Below, one piece after another: positions 12,190-23,995 of a stretch of 64,000 nucleotides of DNA (within the stretch, counting starts at the first letter, position 1; each line of letters starts with the position of its first letter). Origin of the DNA: Octopus vulgaris (lineage: Eukaryota); contig OX597832.1 in the NCBI GenBank assembly GCA_951406725.2, positions 5,270,001 to 5,334,000 on the forward strand, in the 5' to 3' direction. Below the pieces are notes generated by a model. The model searched no databases and was not told the origin of the DNA. It was given only the letters and a program-made list of their open reading frames with translations. The position numbers were made by a program, and so were the translations under genes.

Positions 12190-12730
12190 ACTGTTTCTGA
12201 GAGTCTGCAGGCACCTCCACCAAAAGGTCCTATCAAAAGCAATCATCATTATACTTTCTTACTGGATTCCAAAGTGTGAACAATCTCCTGCTAGTTGGTT
12301 CAGTTTGAAGAATCTGTTTTGTGATCCTTTCCTGCAGTATTCTAACCACATGTCCATAGTAGAGGAGTTGTGACCTCTAAATGAAAAGAAGTAGTGATTC
12401 AATCAGAAGAGACTTCTTGGGTAATGTTAATCCAGGAATCTTTTGCAGAAACCCCGCTTCAGCTGCTTGTATTTGAGATTGTACTCTTTCAGTCATTACC
12501 AATATTATTGACCATAGGTGATGATAGGCATAAAAACAAATTGAAGATAATAAGTTTGGATTTTTCACCAACCTCACCACTTCTGAGAATCAAATGCAGG
12601 AAATGGTGCATTACTGTGTCAGCACCTGCAATTCTGACATCCAATTCAGCTGCTTGTCTCCCATCATTTGTGAATATGGTCCCAAAATACTTCACCATTT
12701 GCCTCTGTAATGTTCCATAACAGAAACATG
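12190..12730 (-). mobile_element. RTE LINE RT remnant (Expander/Rex3-like)
   Basis: VKYFGTIFTNDGRQAAELDVRIAGA... and MTERVQSQIQAAEAGFLQKIPGLTL...IESLLL. Confidence 0.8.
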
Positions 12731-12742
12731 AATAGCTTAGCT

Positions 12743-13125
12743 CTGTGTTTCCCAACCTATTTTCCCCCAGGTCCCACTATAACTGTCCAGAAAAATGTAT
12801 GCCCTGCCAGTGACATATGCAAAAAGATTAATAATTTATCAACTTCTCATAATTGTATACTTTCCTTAAAGAAATATCCACACTAGGGCATTAGAATAAT
12901 ACTATACAGTAACAAGCAGTTTTCACACAGTATTCTTGGTTAGATGGATTGGTTTGAGTAGGCTGCATGTAGGTGTAGTATGTTTGCTGTGAAAAAAAAA
13001 AGATTTTCACAATTCCATATCCCACTAAAAAAAAAAAAGGGAAAAGGAATTTTGGATCTTGCACCCCACCACAATTTTCCCAAACCCCCACCAATAGAGC
13101 GTATGCCCCGCATTGGAAATCACTG
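12743..13125. mobile_element. hAT-type MITE
   Basis: TIRs CTGTGTTTCCCAA / TTGGAAATCACTG, with an imperfect 8-bp TSD GCTTAGCT / GCTTAGAG. Confidence 0.6.
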
Positions 13126-14847
13126 GCTTAGAGGAATTAATTAAAGGAAAAAGGAGGAATAGAATTAAAGAAAAAGAAAAGTGAAATAAAGGAAGCAAAA
13201 AAGAGAACTACAATTTCATGAAGTCAAATGACAGCACAGAAACTAATATCATAGGTGACTGAAAATTTTTTTTACTAATTTTAAATATGTGAATGAAGCT
13301 GAAGGAAGGAAATGTAATGAATAAATATAAAGCATAATTTAAGCAATTATACTTATTAGAGAGTCAAGCAATGAGACTAACTGATCTCATTAGTAACTCT
13401 GAACTAATCTGATAATGAGTGCATTCATAGCTGCTATTTTACTTCTTCAAAAATCTATAGCACTCGGTTTCTCTATTAGCTAAAATAAAAAAGAACATCT
13501 CACCAAGAGACAGATAAAAATGTTAGAGTGAAAAGCCACTGATGGAGTGTGCAGCAAATATGACCCAGATAATCAGGAACAGGTTTTGTTTTACCAGGAA
13601 AACAATTTGACAGCCATGACAAATGAAGTGTGGTATGACACCTTGGAAATTTTGTTACATAAACAGTACATTCTCAAAGAGGTTGGTGGGAAAATAGAGA
13701 GGCAAATCAAATCATTAACTATTTCAATGTCAGTATCAAGTGTTACAGGAGGTAAGGTCATATTTTAAAGTTGTGTATTAACGAGAGATGAAAGCTTATT
13801 GAATATGTGATTAAGGTAGATGAAAAGGTATAAACTATATTAGAAGTAAAACAGCAATAAAGACAGTATAAAAAGAGGTGTGGCTGCACATGTGGCCACA
13901 GAAAAATATACTTGTAGTGAAATAGTTGTGAGATTATTATGTGTTTAAGTATAAGCAAGTTAACCTTATGAAACACTGAACCTTCTGAAGGAAATTGACA
14001 GAGGAGTGAGATATGGGATGCATTGTTATTCTCAAGAAGATCTGCTCACCACAACAGAATTGAGATCATAAAACCAAAGAGCCATGTAAAAAGCATTAGT
14101 GTGGGTGCTGGTGCCACATAAAAATCACTGGTGCAGGCACCATGTAAAAAGCACCCAGTACAAACTGTGAAGTGACTGGCATTAGGAAGGGCATCCAGCT
14201 ATAGAAACTAAGACAAAATAGACTATGGCACCTGGTGTGGCCCTTGGCCTTGCCATTGCTGTCAAGCTGTCCAACCCAAGACAGCATAGAAAACGGACGG
14301 AAAATAAAATAAAATGAAGTTAATTTTTCATTAGTTTGTTTGTGAAAGAGTACTTCATACAGTAGTCTACTTGACTACAGCATGGAAAGTCAAGCGTAGG
14401 CTTTTTGAAAGGGAAATAGTTATAACAAAACTATGGATGAAATGCAGTGAAATTTGATAGTGTACTGTAGTGATAGACAAGAACAGCAATGTTATATGTA
14501 TTTTTTTTAACCACTTAAACAAAGAATGAAGGATAGTACCAGTGACCCTTTATTTCTTCAAGGCCTCCGAGACCAGAGAGGAAGGTATCATTAAACCAGA
14601 GACCTGGATAGAATACTTGCAATAGACTAAATGCCTGTGAGGTACCTAAATATCAGGTGGATGTGTTAAAGTAGGAGACAGATTAAATCTACCATCCACA
14701 AACCCACAACACAAACTGCTGGTGCAAAATACCACAAGGTACTTGGTCTTATGCACTATCAACTTCGCGAGTTCACTGTTTAGTTTCAGTAATTAAAACT
14801 GAAAATTATTGACTATGGTTAAATAGTTTATTGGATATAGTAGATAG

Positions 14848-15243
14848 GAGCAGGTATGGCTGTGGGTATAAGAAGTTTACTTCCCAGCCACATGGTTTTG
14901 GGTTAAGCTCCACTGCATGGTACCCTGGGCAAGTGTCTTCTGCTATGGTTCTGGGCTAAGCAGAAGTTCATCATGTTTGTGTATATGTATGTGCATGCAT
15001 GTGTGAATGAGTGTAAATCACTTTGGTTTGACATTATGTGATAGTTGTAAATGAGTGTTACTTTCATACTTTCATTTCTGAAATTCTTTGAAGACCTGTC
15101 TGGCCATGGATAAATATTACCTTACTTGGATAGAGGTGAAGGTTGGCAACTGGAAGGGCATCTGATTGTAGAAAATCTGCCTCAATAAGACACCATTTGA
15201 CCCACTGAAGCATGGACAAGTGGGCATTAAAACAATGATGATA
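14848..15243 (+). mobile_element. Hybrid SINE (family A tRNA head plus RTE-type tail), family E
   Basis: The head is as in family A. The 3' part reads AAATATTACCTT..GGAAGGGCATC..AAACAATGATGAT. Partial copies lie near 7765, 8750, 15540 (-), 36800 and 48575. Confidence 0.7.
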
Positions 15244-15791
15244 ATATATTGAAGATAGAACTTGACTGTAGATAATGTATCAGAATCTATAATGGACAGA
15301 TGAAGCTTATAAACTCTTCAATTAATAATAAATTGAATAGACAGTTTGCCAGAAAAATGACGACTGTACAATACAAGTGTAATGTTAAATAACAATAAAG
15401 TTAAAAGCAGTCCAAGTTGGTTGATTATGATATCTTGTTAATTTTTGTTAGTGTCTTTTTTATATTTATATTTTATCAGAAATTAATCAGTCAAAAACTT
15501 ATTCATTCTGCATAGAATCATAAATAAAATTTATAATCATCATCATCAATATCCTTTTAACATCCACTTTTCCATACTTGCATGGGTCAGACAGGATTTG
15601 TCGAGGCCGATTTTCTGTGGCCAGATTACCTTTTCCTGTTGCCAACCCTCAGCTATTTCCAACGTATTATTTTCCTTTCACCAGACATGTTTCCATGGAT
15701 GAAAAAAAGGACACAGTTTGCATGATGGTGACACTCATGAAGTAAAGGCAAAGAGTCAGTAACAAACCACACATTCACACAAACACACACA

Positions 15792-15831
<40 letters not shown>

Positions 15832-15844
15832 TGTACCTTGTGTC

Positions 15845-16047
15845 TGACCACTGTCAGAAGTCAGGACGCCATGATAGATCGTTAGCTCCTACACGCATTT
15901 TTTTTCTCTCCTTGTTTTTTTTCTGTCGAAGAGCGTAGGCTCGAAACGTAAAAGACTTTTTCTATTCCTGAGCGCTATACTAATACATTTGTTTGTTTGT
16001 ACTCCACCTGCCTTCGTCTTTTGTTTATTTTCGTAAACTTTCCTGTT
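15845..16047 (+). mobile_element. Penelope-like terminal repeat with a variant hammerhead
   Basis: Inserted between microsatellites, homologous to 2408-2550, CpGs retained. Confidence 0.6.
15914..15956 (+). ncRNA. Minimal type I hammerhead-like motif with a non-canonical core
   Basis: T-run, CTGTCGA, A, stem II GAGC-GTAG-GCTC, GAAA, palindromic ACGT helix III, TA cleavage site, AAAGAC. Confidence 0.5.
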
Positions 16048-16066
16048 ATGTATGTATGTATGTAGT

Positions 16067-16390
16067 GAAGGCGCGTGGCTTAGTGTTTAGGGGCATTTAG
16101 CTCATTATTGTAAGGTCGTGAGTTCAATTCCCAGCAGCACGTTGTGTCCTTGAGCAAGACACTTTATTTCATGTTGCTCCAGTCCACTCAGCTGGTAAAA
16201 ATGAGTAGAATCAGTATTTCAAAGCATCAGCCTTGTCACACTCTGTGTCACGCTGAATCTCCCAGAGAACTATGTTAAGGGTACACGTGTTTGTGGAGTG
16301 CTCAGCCACTTGCACGTTAATTTCACGAGCAAGCTGTTCCGTTGATTGTATCAGCTAGGACCCTCGTCGTCACAACCGACAGAGTGTCCC
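16067..16390 (+). mobile_element. Family C SINE, full length
   Basis: GAAGGCGCGTGGCTTAGTG head, GTGAGTTCAATTCCC B box and conserved body. Confidence 0.85.
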
Positions 16391-16409
16391 TATGTGTGTA
16401 TGAGGACCT

Positions 16410-16825
16410 GTTTTATGAGACCCTGGGTTTATGAGTGATAAAGAGCGAAAAAAAGCTTCTTCTAAGCAGATAACTCTAAACTTGTTTTTACAAAGAAATC
16501 TACAAGTCTGTCTACGAGTGCTTGTGAATCGGTGATCATGTCTACAAGTGATGGTGTGCATGCGTCTCGTGCAAGTGAAAGTGATTCAGAAAACAATTAT
16601 AATAATATTTTTTGCTATAAATTATCTTGATATTTTTTTTTACTTTATACTGTTGTTTTATTGCCATTCATTTATAAGTATTATAAATTTTATAGGTAAA
16701 ATATTTATATGGAAATGAATTAGGATTCATAACACTGTGACAATGGGAAATTATTGCTCTGCTTTACAAGTTTTCACTTTACAAGCAGTCTCCAGGAACA
16801 AATTAACTTGTATAGCAAGGCATTA

Positions 16826-16828
<3 letters not shown>
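16410..16828. mobile_element. pogo/Tigger-like non-autonomous element; right end recognisable
   Basis: Ends TTGTATAGCAAGGCATTACTG|TA with a subterminal CAATGGGAAA motif. The left end is unclear. Confidence 0.5.
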
Positions 16829-16866
<38 letters not shown>

Positions 16867-17055
16867 AGTAGTTTAATGAATTATCCTAGTATGGATAATT
16901 CGGTTAACCGATACCCGGGTAGCAAATTCACATCAGAAAAACACGGTTGAAGCTACACGCCAAGGGCAGAGATCACGTGCTTTCGTGTGGAAATTTGTGT
17001 GTTTTTTTTAATACAAATAAATGAAAGAATGGAGTTGAACGACGATTTAACAAAA

Positions 17056-17154
17056 TTCCTTTATTCTCGACATATGTTTCGAAGACTGCATATTCCTAAT
17101 TTCGAAGGAATAAGGGGTGCATTATGCCGCCTTCTCATCAGGAAAAACAAGGAA
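17056..17154 (-). ncRNA. Type I hammerhead ribozyme, PLE type
   Basis: Stem I TTCCTTGTTTTTC/GAGAATAAAGGAA, core CTGATGA, stem II GAAGGCGGCATA/TATGCAGTCTTC, GAAA, palindromic helix III ACATATGT, GTC cleavage triplet. Confidence 0.85.
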
Positions 17155-17333
17155 CTTATGTCAGCATCATGAAGAACAAAAACTTTTAGATGACTGCCCA
17201 CACGGAGTCCATAGCGATAATGAGTGCATAGTGATAATGAGTCCATAGCGATAATGAGAAACACTCATTATCGCTATGGACTCTGTGTGGGCAGTCATCT
17301 AAAAGTTTTTGTTCTTCATGATGCTGACATAAG

Positions 17334-17432
17334 TTCCTTGTCTTTCCTGATGAGAAGGCGGCATAATGCACCCCTTATTCCTTCGAAATTAGGAATATGC
17401 AGTCTTCGAAACATATGTCGAGAATAAAGGAA
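17334..17432 (+). ncRNA. Type I hammerhead ribozyme, mirror copy
   Basis: CTGATGA at 17347-17353, GAAA at 17408-17411 and GTC at 17417-17419, with the same helices as the minus-strand copy. Confidence 0.85.
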
Positions 17433-18919
17433 TTTTGTTAAATCGTCGTTCAACTCCATTCTTTCATTTATTTATATATATATATATATATATATGACAG
17501 GCTTCTTACAGTTTCCATTAACAAAATTCACTTAAAAGACAGGGCTGTAGTAGAAGACACTTGTCCAAAGTGCCACACAGTGGAACTGAGCCTGAATCCA
17601 TGTGGCTGGGGTGAATATAATATTTTATTAAATTTTGAAAACTCAGCAATTTGATATTTGAAAATTCCACATAATGTTAAATGTTGAAACACTATGAATC
17701 ATTGTTTTTTTTTAACATCATATGAAATGATAATTAGTAATAACTGAGATATCATTTTACATATTTAAAAGCTATTAATATGCTTGAAATATAATTAATC
17801 ATTTAAAATTTTGTAATGTCTGGGGACAGTCATTAAACCATTATTAATAACACATGCACTGGTTCAATTCCACTCCTTTGTTGGTCAAATTTAACGAAGT
17901 TATACAAAAGATCAATGAGTTATAGGATAGATATTTAACCATTTGACTAATAATAAAAACATTGGAATTGAATTGGTGTGTGTGTGTGTGTTATTACTAT
18001 TAGCATAATCTCTCTCCCTAGACACCACAAAATGAATTCACATAAAGAACTTTGTAACCAAATACAAAAATGAAGTGTCATTTAAAATATTTGCTGCTAA
18101 AGAATAATATTTATTGTCCTTTTCAACCAAGTCATAGTAATATGTGTTATAAAGCTGCAAGCTGGCAGAAGGTGACTCATTGGACAAAATTCTTAGTGAC
18201 ATTTCTTCCAACTCTTTATTTTGTGAGTTCAAACCCTGCCAAATTCATCTTTCATTCCTTTGTCATCATTACCCTTGGACATTACTGCTTTGAGTCCTAG
18301 AACTTATGGGGTTAATTACTTAGTTTTTATGATGTATAAGTGACCAAGATAACGACATTCCTCTTAAATGGGATGCCAGTCTGTCATGGAATTCCTCATT
18401 TACAGCTAAGTGGACTGGAACTAAGTGAAATGGAGTTTTTTGCTCAAGAACACAACACTGTCCAACCCAAGAATCAAAACTATGATTTTGCACATCTCTC
18501 CATTTTCATCCCTTTGGTGTCAATAAAATAAAGTAGCAGTCAAGTGTCAGGGTTGATGCAATCACCTTGTTCTCTCCTTAAAATTCCTGACTTTTAACCC
18601 TGCAAATGGACAGGTGTCCCATTCAGGGATAATGTTGTGATTTCAGTCACTTATGCACCATGGGAACCAGGTACCTGGTTTAATGTGTCAAGGAAAATTT
18701 TAAAAAAGAATTAATGCTGTAAACATTTAACTATGTTTCCAACATGGATCTGTTTTAGTAATCATGTTCTGCGGTGTTCTGTAAAATATTATTTTCCTTT
18801 GTTAAAATCTGTCTTGCCTATGCCACAGAGCATGCAGTATACTTTCATAATATATCTACAATAATGTCAGTAAGCTGAGTGATAGATACTCTTACCTAAA
18901 ATGAAAGTATGTTTCAGTA

Positions 18920-19290
18920 TCTTTTGTCTTCCATTTGTTTCTATCATTGGACTGCGATCATATTGGGGCACCACCTTGAAGGGTTTTAGTTGAAAAGTTC
19001 ACCCCCACCCACCAGTATTTTCTTTTTTAAAGTTCAGTACTTATTCTATCCTCTCTTTTTCTAAGCTGAAACTAGTTGTCAAGCAGTGGGGAGTAAGGAC
19101 AAATGCACACACGAATGCACGCACACACACACACACAAAATGGGCTTCAACAGAGTTTCCATCTACCAGATTTCACCCATTAAGTCATTGGTTGACCTGG
19201 AACTATATTAGGAAAGACTTGCCCATGGTGCTGTACAGTGGGACTGAACCCCAAACCATATGGTTGTAAAGTGTGCTTCTTAACCACAAC
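18920..19290 (-). mobile_element. Family A SINE, decayed
   Basis: Head, CA tract and tail are all recognisable. Confidence 0.75.
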
Positions 19291-20049
19291 AATAGCATTG
19301 CTACTACAGATTTTCAACAGACTAAATACTGGTTCATGGTGTTTCTAATGGTGAAAGTGAAAAGGAAGCGTATACAACTTGGTGCAGAACAAATATCTAA
19401 AAGGGATGTCAGTGAGTAAGCATTCGTTTTTCATTTTCCTTGTCAATGTTTAAATCTTTTGTCACTATACATTGACAAAAAGGGCACAAACACACACACA
19501 TATATATGATGGGTTTCTTTCAGTTTCCATCTACCAAATCAACTCACAAGACTTTGGTCAGCCTGAGGCTATAGTAGAAGAAACTTGCTCAAGGTACCAT
19601 GCAGTGGGACAAGAGTAGAATTTTAATTTAGAGCAATTATTTCACATAACTTTACAAGAGGATTATCAATATTAGGCTCTTATATTCTGAGTTCAGTTTT
19701 TGGGGCAGTTTTGCCTTCCATCCTTCCAAGAACAATAAAATTGAATTATCCTCATAATTGACTGTATCCTTCCCCCCAAAACTGTGGCCTTGTGCTAATG
19801 TTAGAAATCAATATTAAAAATTCTATGCATGACTAATTACATTTTGAACTCTAACAATTAAAAATCATAAGCATAAACAAAATACTTAATTAAATGAAAA
19901 GCAATTTCAGACAACTCGTTAGGTGAAATAATGTTTTACGTATAAATTTTCATGTCAAAGTAGTTAAATTTAAGACAGCTCAATTATTGAAATAATATAT
20001 TTCTAGATCTCTCAGAGAGATTTATGCAGTAGCAGCACGATAAAGTGAT

Positions 20050-20258
20050 AGCATGTTGTCAACTTAATGTGACAGTCCCATGAAAGGGAAAAATGCTAAC
20101 CGTTTCCTGTTGGACTTGACACATTTCCAGTGTCCACTTTGAAAACATAAGGACACAGGAAATGTGTCAAGTCCAACAGGATACAGTGTTTCCTAGGGCT
20201 AAATAACAGTAGCATTCTTCCCTTTTATGGGACTGTCACATTAAGTTGACAACATGCT
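20050..20258. repeat. Foldback/MITE-like element with nested inverted repeats
   Basis: Outer arms 20050-20098 / 20210-20258 and inner arms 20106-20135 / 20151-20180. Confidence 0.85.
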
Positions 20259-22384
20259 TTAGCTCAATTATTGTACCTATAAGCATCATACATACTTCCA
20301 CTCTAAGATAAATTCTATAACAATCTGATTGTAATGGTCTATATTAATAGAATCAGTTATCTCAGAAAAGGTTATGTGTTACAGGGCTGTATCAAATATG
20401 AATAGGTTTTCTCTTTTTCTCTCGCCCTTTTTTTTTTTTTTGCTTTGCAACGTATGTCGTTTGCAAAGGTGAAAAAATAATCAAATGATAAAAGTAAAAA
20501 GAGATAATGAAGAAGAGGAAAGGAAAAAGAGTGAACTGAAGATAGGTATTTAATTTTTTTTTTAATATTATACATTAGTTATTACTGATAAAAATAATTT
20601 ACAATTACATTTTATATTATTCATCTAAATCTCCTAAAAATTTTCCTTCATATCAACATAAAACTACAAAAAGCATTTTTATATTGTTGACACTTACTCC
20701 ACTTTGATGATAAAATTTACAATCTGTGTTCAGTTATAAACTTTTACTTTAAGGAATTAATATTATCTGAATACTCCAAAAATTAGTACCTATATGAAAG
20801 CATCTAGCTTTAAACAATTTCCTGCAGATCACCAACTGAGTAAAAAGACTGCACAAAAATAAAATATTTTTAGAAACAGTCAAATACATCGGTGATGTAA
20901 ATGTATAAGGCAGATGGTACGAGAAAATATAATTGTATGGAAAAATATAATTTAACTGAAAATAAGAATAATAATAGAAATACTGTACCGAAAGGCTCCA
21001 AGATGATTTGTGGTAAGTAAGAATCTTAGAGTATGGAAATTGAAGAAATTAGGAAATTTGCCATCAGGAGTACAAGTTATTTACACTCATATCACATACG
21101 AAATAATACCGAAAACTGAAACTACTTGCTGCAGAGAAATATTAACATAAAATTAATCAATATCAACAATCCATTGGATAGCATTAGCTTACTGAAGGTC
21201 ATTGGCAATCGTGTTCATGAAATAGACTAGGGTGGGGAAATAGTAAAAATTAAGTAAGATCTGATTGGTACAATAGAATAAGGCAGGCTTAAAAAGTGAA
21301 AGTTGTCTCACAAAAACTAATAAACAGAAATTAATGTTTAACAAATTAAAAGATTTTTCACAAATGAAATGTTAATGCAAGCGCTAAACAATAACAGAAA
21401 ACTACAAACAGTGAGATACATAAAGTGAGATTAGACAGCTGACAACTATATAATCTACACCAGATTTACATACTCACACTGTTTCAGATAGAGATTAAGG
21501 TATTAACTTATATGTGAGGGGGAAAAAAAAATAACAATTGCCAGTTAGTAATCTTCTTATGATAAAAAAAAACAATGAATTCATAGCAAAGTAAAAAGAC
21601 TAACTCTAAATAATAATGACCTTAATAAGCAATCTGCTTTTAGTGACCATCATGTCATTTGACCATGAAACTATATTGACCACAACTCAAAAATAGGTGA
21701 ATGAAAAGATAAGCTCTACCTTGATATAGAAACTTCTTTGGAGGTCAAAATGAGATAATAATAAAAAACAATAAAAAAGATGGAAACTACAAACAAAGTA
21801 GTCACCATCATAATTTTGGGCCCACTTTTCTTAGCGAGGATGAGCAGGGACAAGTTCTGTGAGGTAGTGTTTTATGGGGCCAGATGCCCTTTCTGTCATC
21901 AATCCTTTTAGTTGCTTCTTACAACAAACTGGAGTGCCGCATACTTATTTAGAAACTAGGATACACATATACTATTAAAGTATACCAACAAAAATTTTAA
22001 TTTATTTCAAAATAACTTAAAACAACATTATATATATACTAAAATTAACTATTCTTATAAGAATATATATATATATATATATACTCTCTTTACTCTCTTT
22101 TACTTGTTCCAGTCATTTGACTGCAGCCATGCTGGAGCATTGCCTTCAGTCGAGCAAATTGACCCAGGACTTATTCTTTGTAAGCCTAGTATTTATTCTA
22201 TCGGTCTCTTTTGCTGAACCGCTAAGTTACAGGGACTTAGTTGTCAAGCAATGTTGAGAAGGGGGGGACAAACACAGACATACAAACACACACACACACA
22301 CAATGTATGCGTGTGTATATATATATATATATATATCTATATATATATATATATATATATATATAATGTAAGCGTGTGTGTGTG

Positions 22385-22456
<72 letters not shown>

Positions 22457-22458
22457 GT

Positions 22459-22770
22459 GAAGGCATGTGGTTTAGTGGTTAGGGTATTTGGCTCTCATAA
22501 TCAGAAGGTCATGAGTTCAATTCCTGGTGATGAGTTGTGTCCTTGAGCAAGACACTTTATTTCATGTTACTCCAGTCCACTCAGCTGGCAAAAATGAGTA
22601 CTACCTGTATTTCAAGAGGCCAGCCTTGTCACACTGAATCTCCTTGAGAACTATGTTGAGGGTGCACATGTCTGTGGAGTACTCAACCACATGCACATTA
22701 ATTTCACGAGTAGGGTGTTCTATTGATCAGATCAACTAGAACCCTCATCGTTGTAACTGAAGGAGTGTCA
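22459..22770 (+). mobile_element. Family C SINE
   Basis: Homologous to 16067-16390, CpG-decayed. Confidence 0.8.
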
Positions 22771-22794
22771 GATATATATATATATATGTATATA

Positions 22795-23155
22795 TAAAAA
22801 TTTAATCAGAGGATATGCTAACCTTGAGAAGGGATGGTTGCATCCAAGGAAATACTGGTTCAATACTTAGTATTATTGAAGAATAAAATTCCCTTAAAAC
22901 AATAGGTGTATATTACACATATATTGTTTATCTTCAGTTAAAAGAAGGAAAGAAAATGGAGATTAGGGAGTTAACAATAATTTATTATTAACAGATTGGT
23001 CATCTTCACTTCTTACAGCTGTTTCAATTAATACTCAATAATTTAATTACAAATTTGTACATTAAATTTGCATTTATGAACATAATTTCATCAAAGAAAA
23101 TAAAAAGATGTAACTTGAGATGTTATATGCGGACCTATCAATTCATTTCAGCAGA
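22795..23155 (-). mobile_element. Third Penelope-like terminal repeat family
   Basis: Contains the hammerhead at 23001-23110 and abuts (TA)n. Confidence 0.55.
23001..23110 (-). ncRNA. Type I hammerhead motif with a C3U substitution, probably inactive
   Basis: CATCTT..TTCT, TTGATGA, AATTA...TAATT, GAAA, palindrome ACAGCTGT, GTA, AGAA..AAGATG. Confidence 0.65.
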
Positions 23156-23639
23156 CTGAAATGGGTTGTCAAGCAGTCGTAGAGGACAAATACAGACACA
23201 AAGACACACACACACGTATGATGGGCTTCTTTCAGTTTCTGTTTACCAAATCCACTCACAAGGCTTTGGTCAGCCCGAGGCTATAGTAGAAGACACTTGC
23301 CCAAGGTGCAACACAGTGGGACTGGTCAGAACCATGTAGTTGGGAAGCAAGCTTCTTATCACACAGCCATGTCTGTGTCTGCATCATCATCATCATCATC
23401 ATTTAACGTCCGCTTTCCATGCTAGCATGGGTTGGACGGTTCAACTGGGGTCTGGGAAGCCAGAAGGCTGTACCAGGCCCAGTCTGATCTGGCAGTGTTT
23501 CTACAGCTGGATGCCCTTCCTAACGCTAATGCTCTTCCTAATGCATGTGTTAGAAAATTTAAGGGATTGTGATCCTGGCAATTGCTGGTTCAAAAAATGG
23601 TCTGTTAAGATAGAGATAAGTTTTATAAATGTATGTCTC

Positions 23640-23995
23640 TCCCATAAAGTGTCAAATAATGTTATTTGACAGGGTAAAGAGCCCAAAGATCAGTGACTCT
23701 CTCCAGGTTGAGCCATTACTTCTCCTCATTGAGACATCACAGCTCCAGTATTACAATTGTGATTAGAGTGCTACAGGAAAGAATCGCAAGATGGATTCTT
23801 CAAGTCAAGCCAACCAGCAGGAGAGCAAGGGACAGACAAAGAACAAGAAGAGTTGGATAATATCCATAGCTTCAGTTGGTCACACTTGGGAATCCTGCCA
23901 GAAAGTCTAATGACGGCTTCTGATAGGACTCCATAGAGGATATTACTCAAAACACTACCCCTATGACCCACATAAGAATAGTGGGGTTGAGACAA
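23640..23995 (+). mobile_element. RTE (Expander-like) LINE 3' remnant
   Basis: VEPLLLLIETSQLQY...QERIARWILQVKP...SWSHLGILPESL. Confidence 0.6.

Larger units (their letters stand above)
16862..17473. mobile_element. Penelope-like element terminal repeats in inverted arrangement, inserted in (TA)n
   Basis: A longer minus-strand copy (16862-17226) plus an inverted partial copy (17262-17473). Each carries a hammerhead, and TA runs flank both sides. Confidence 0.8.

Noticed and set aside
16987-17427. Mirror-image ORF pairs on both strands
   Set aside because: A trivial consequence of the palindrome, with no protein similarity.
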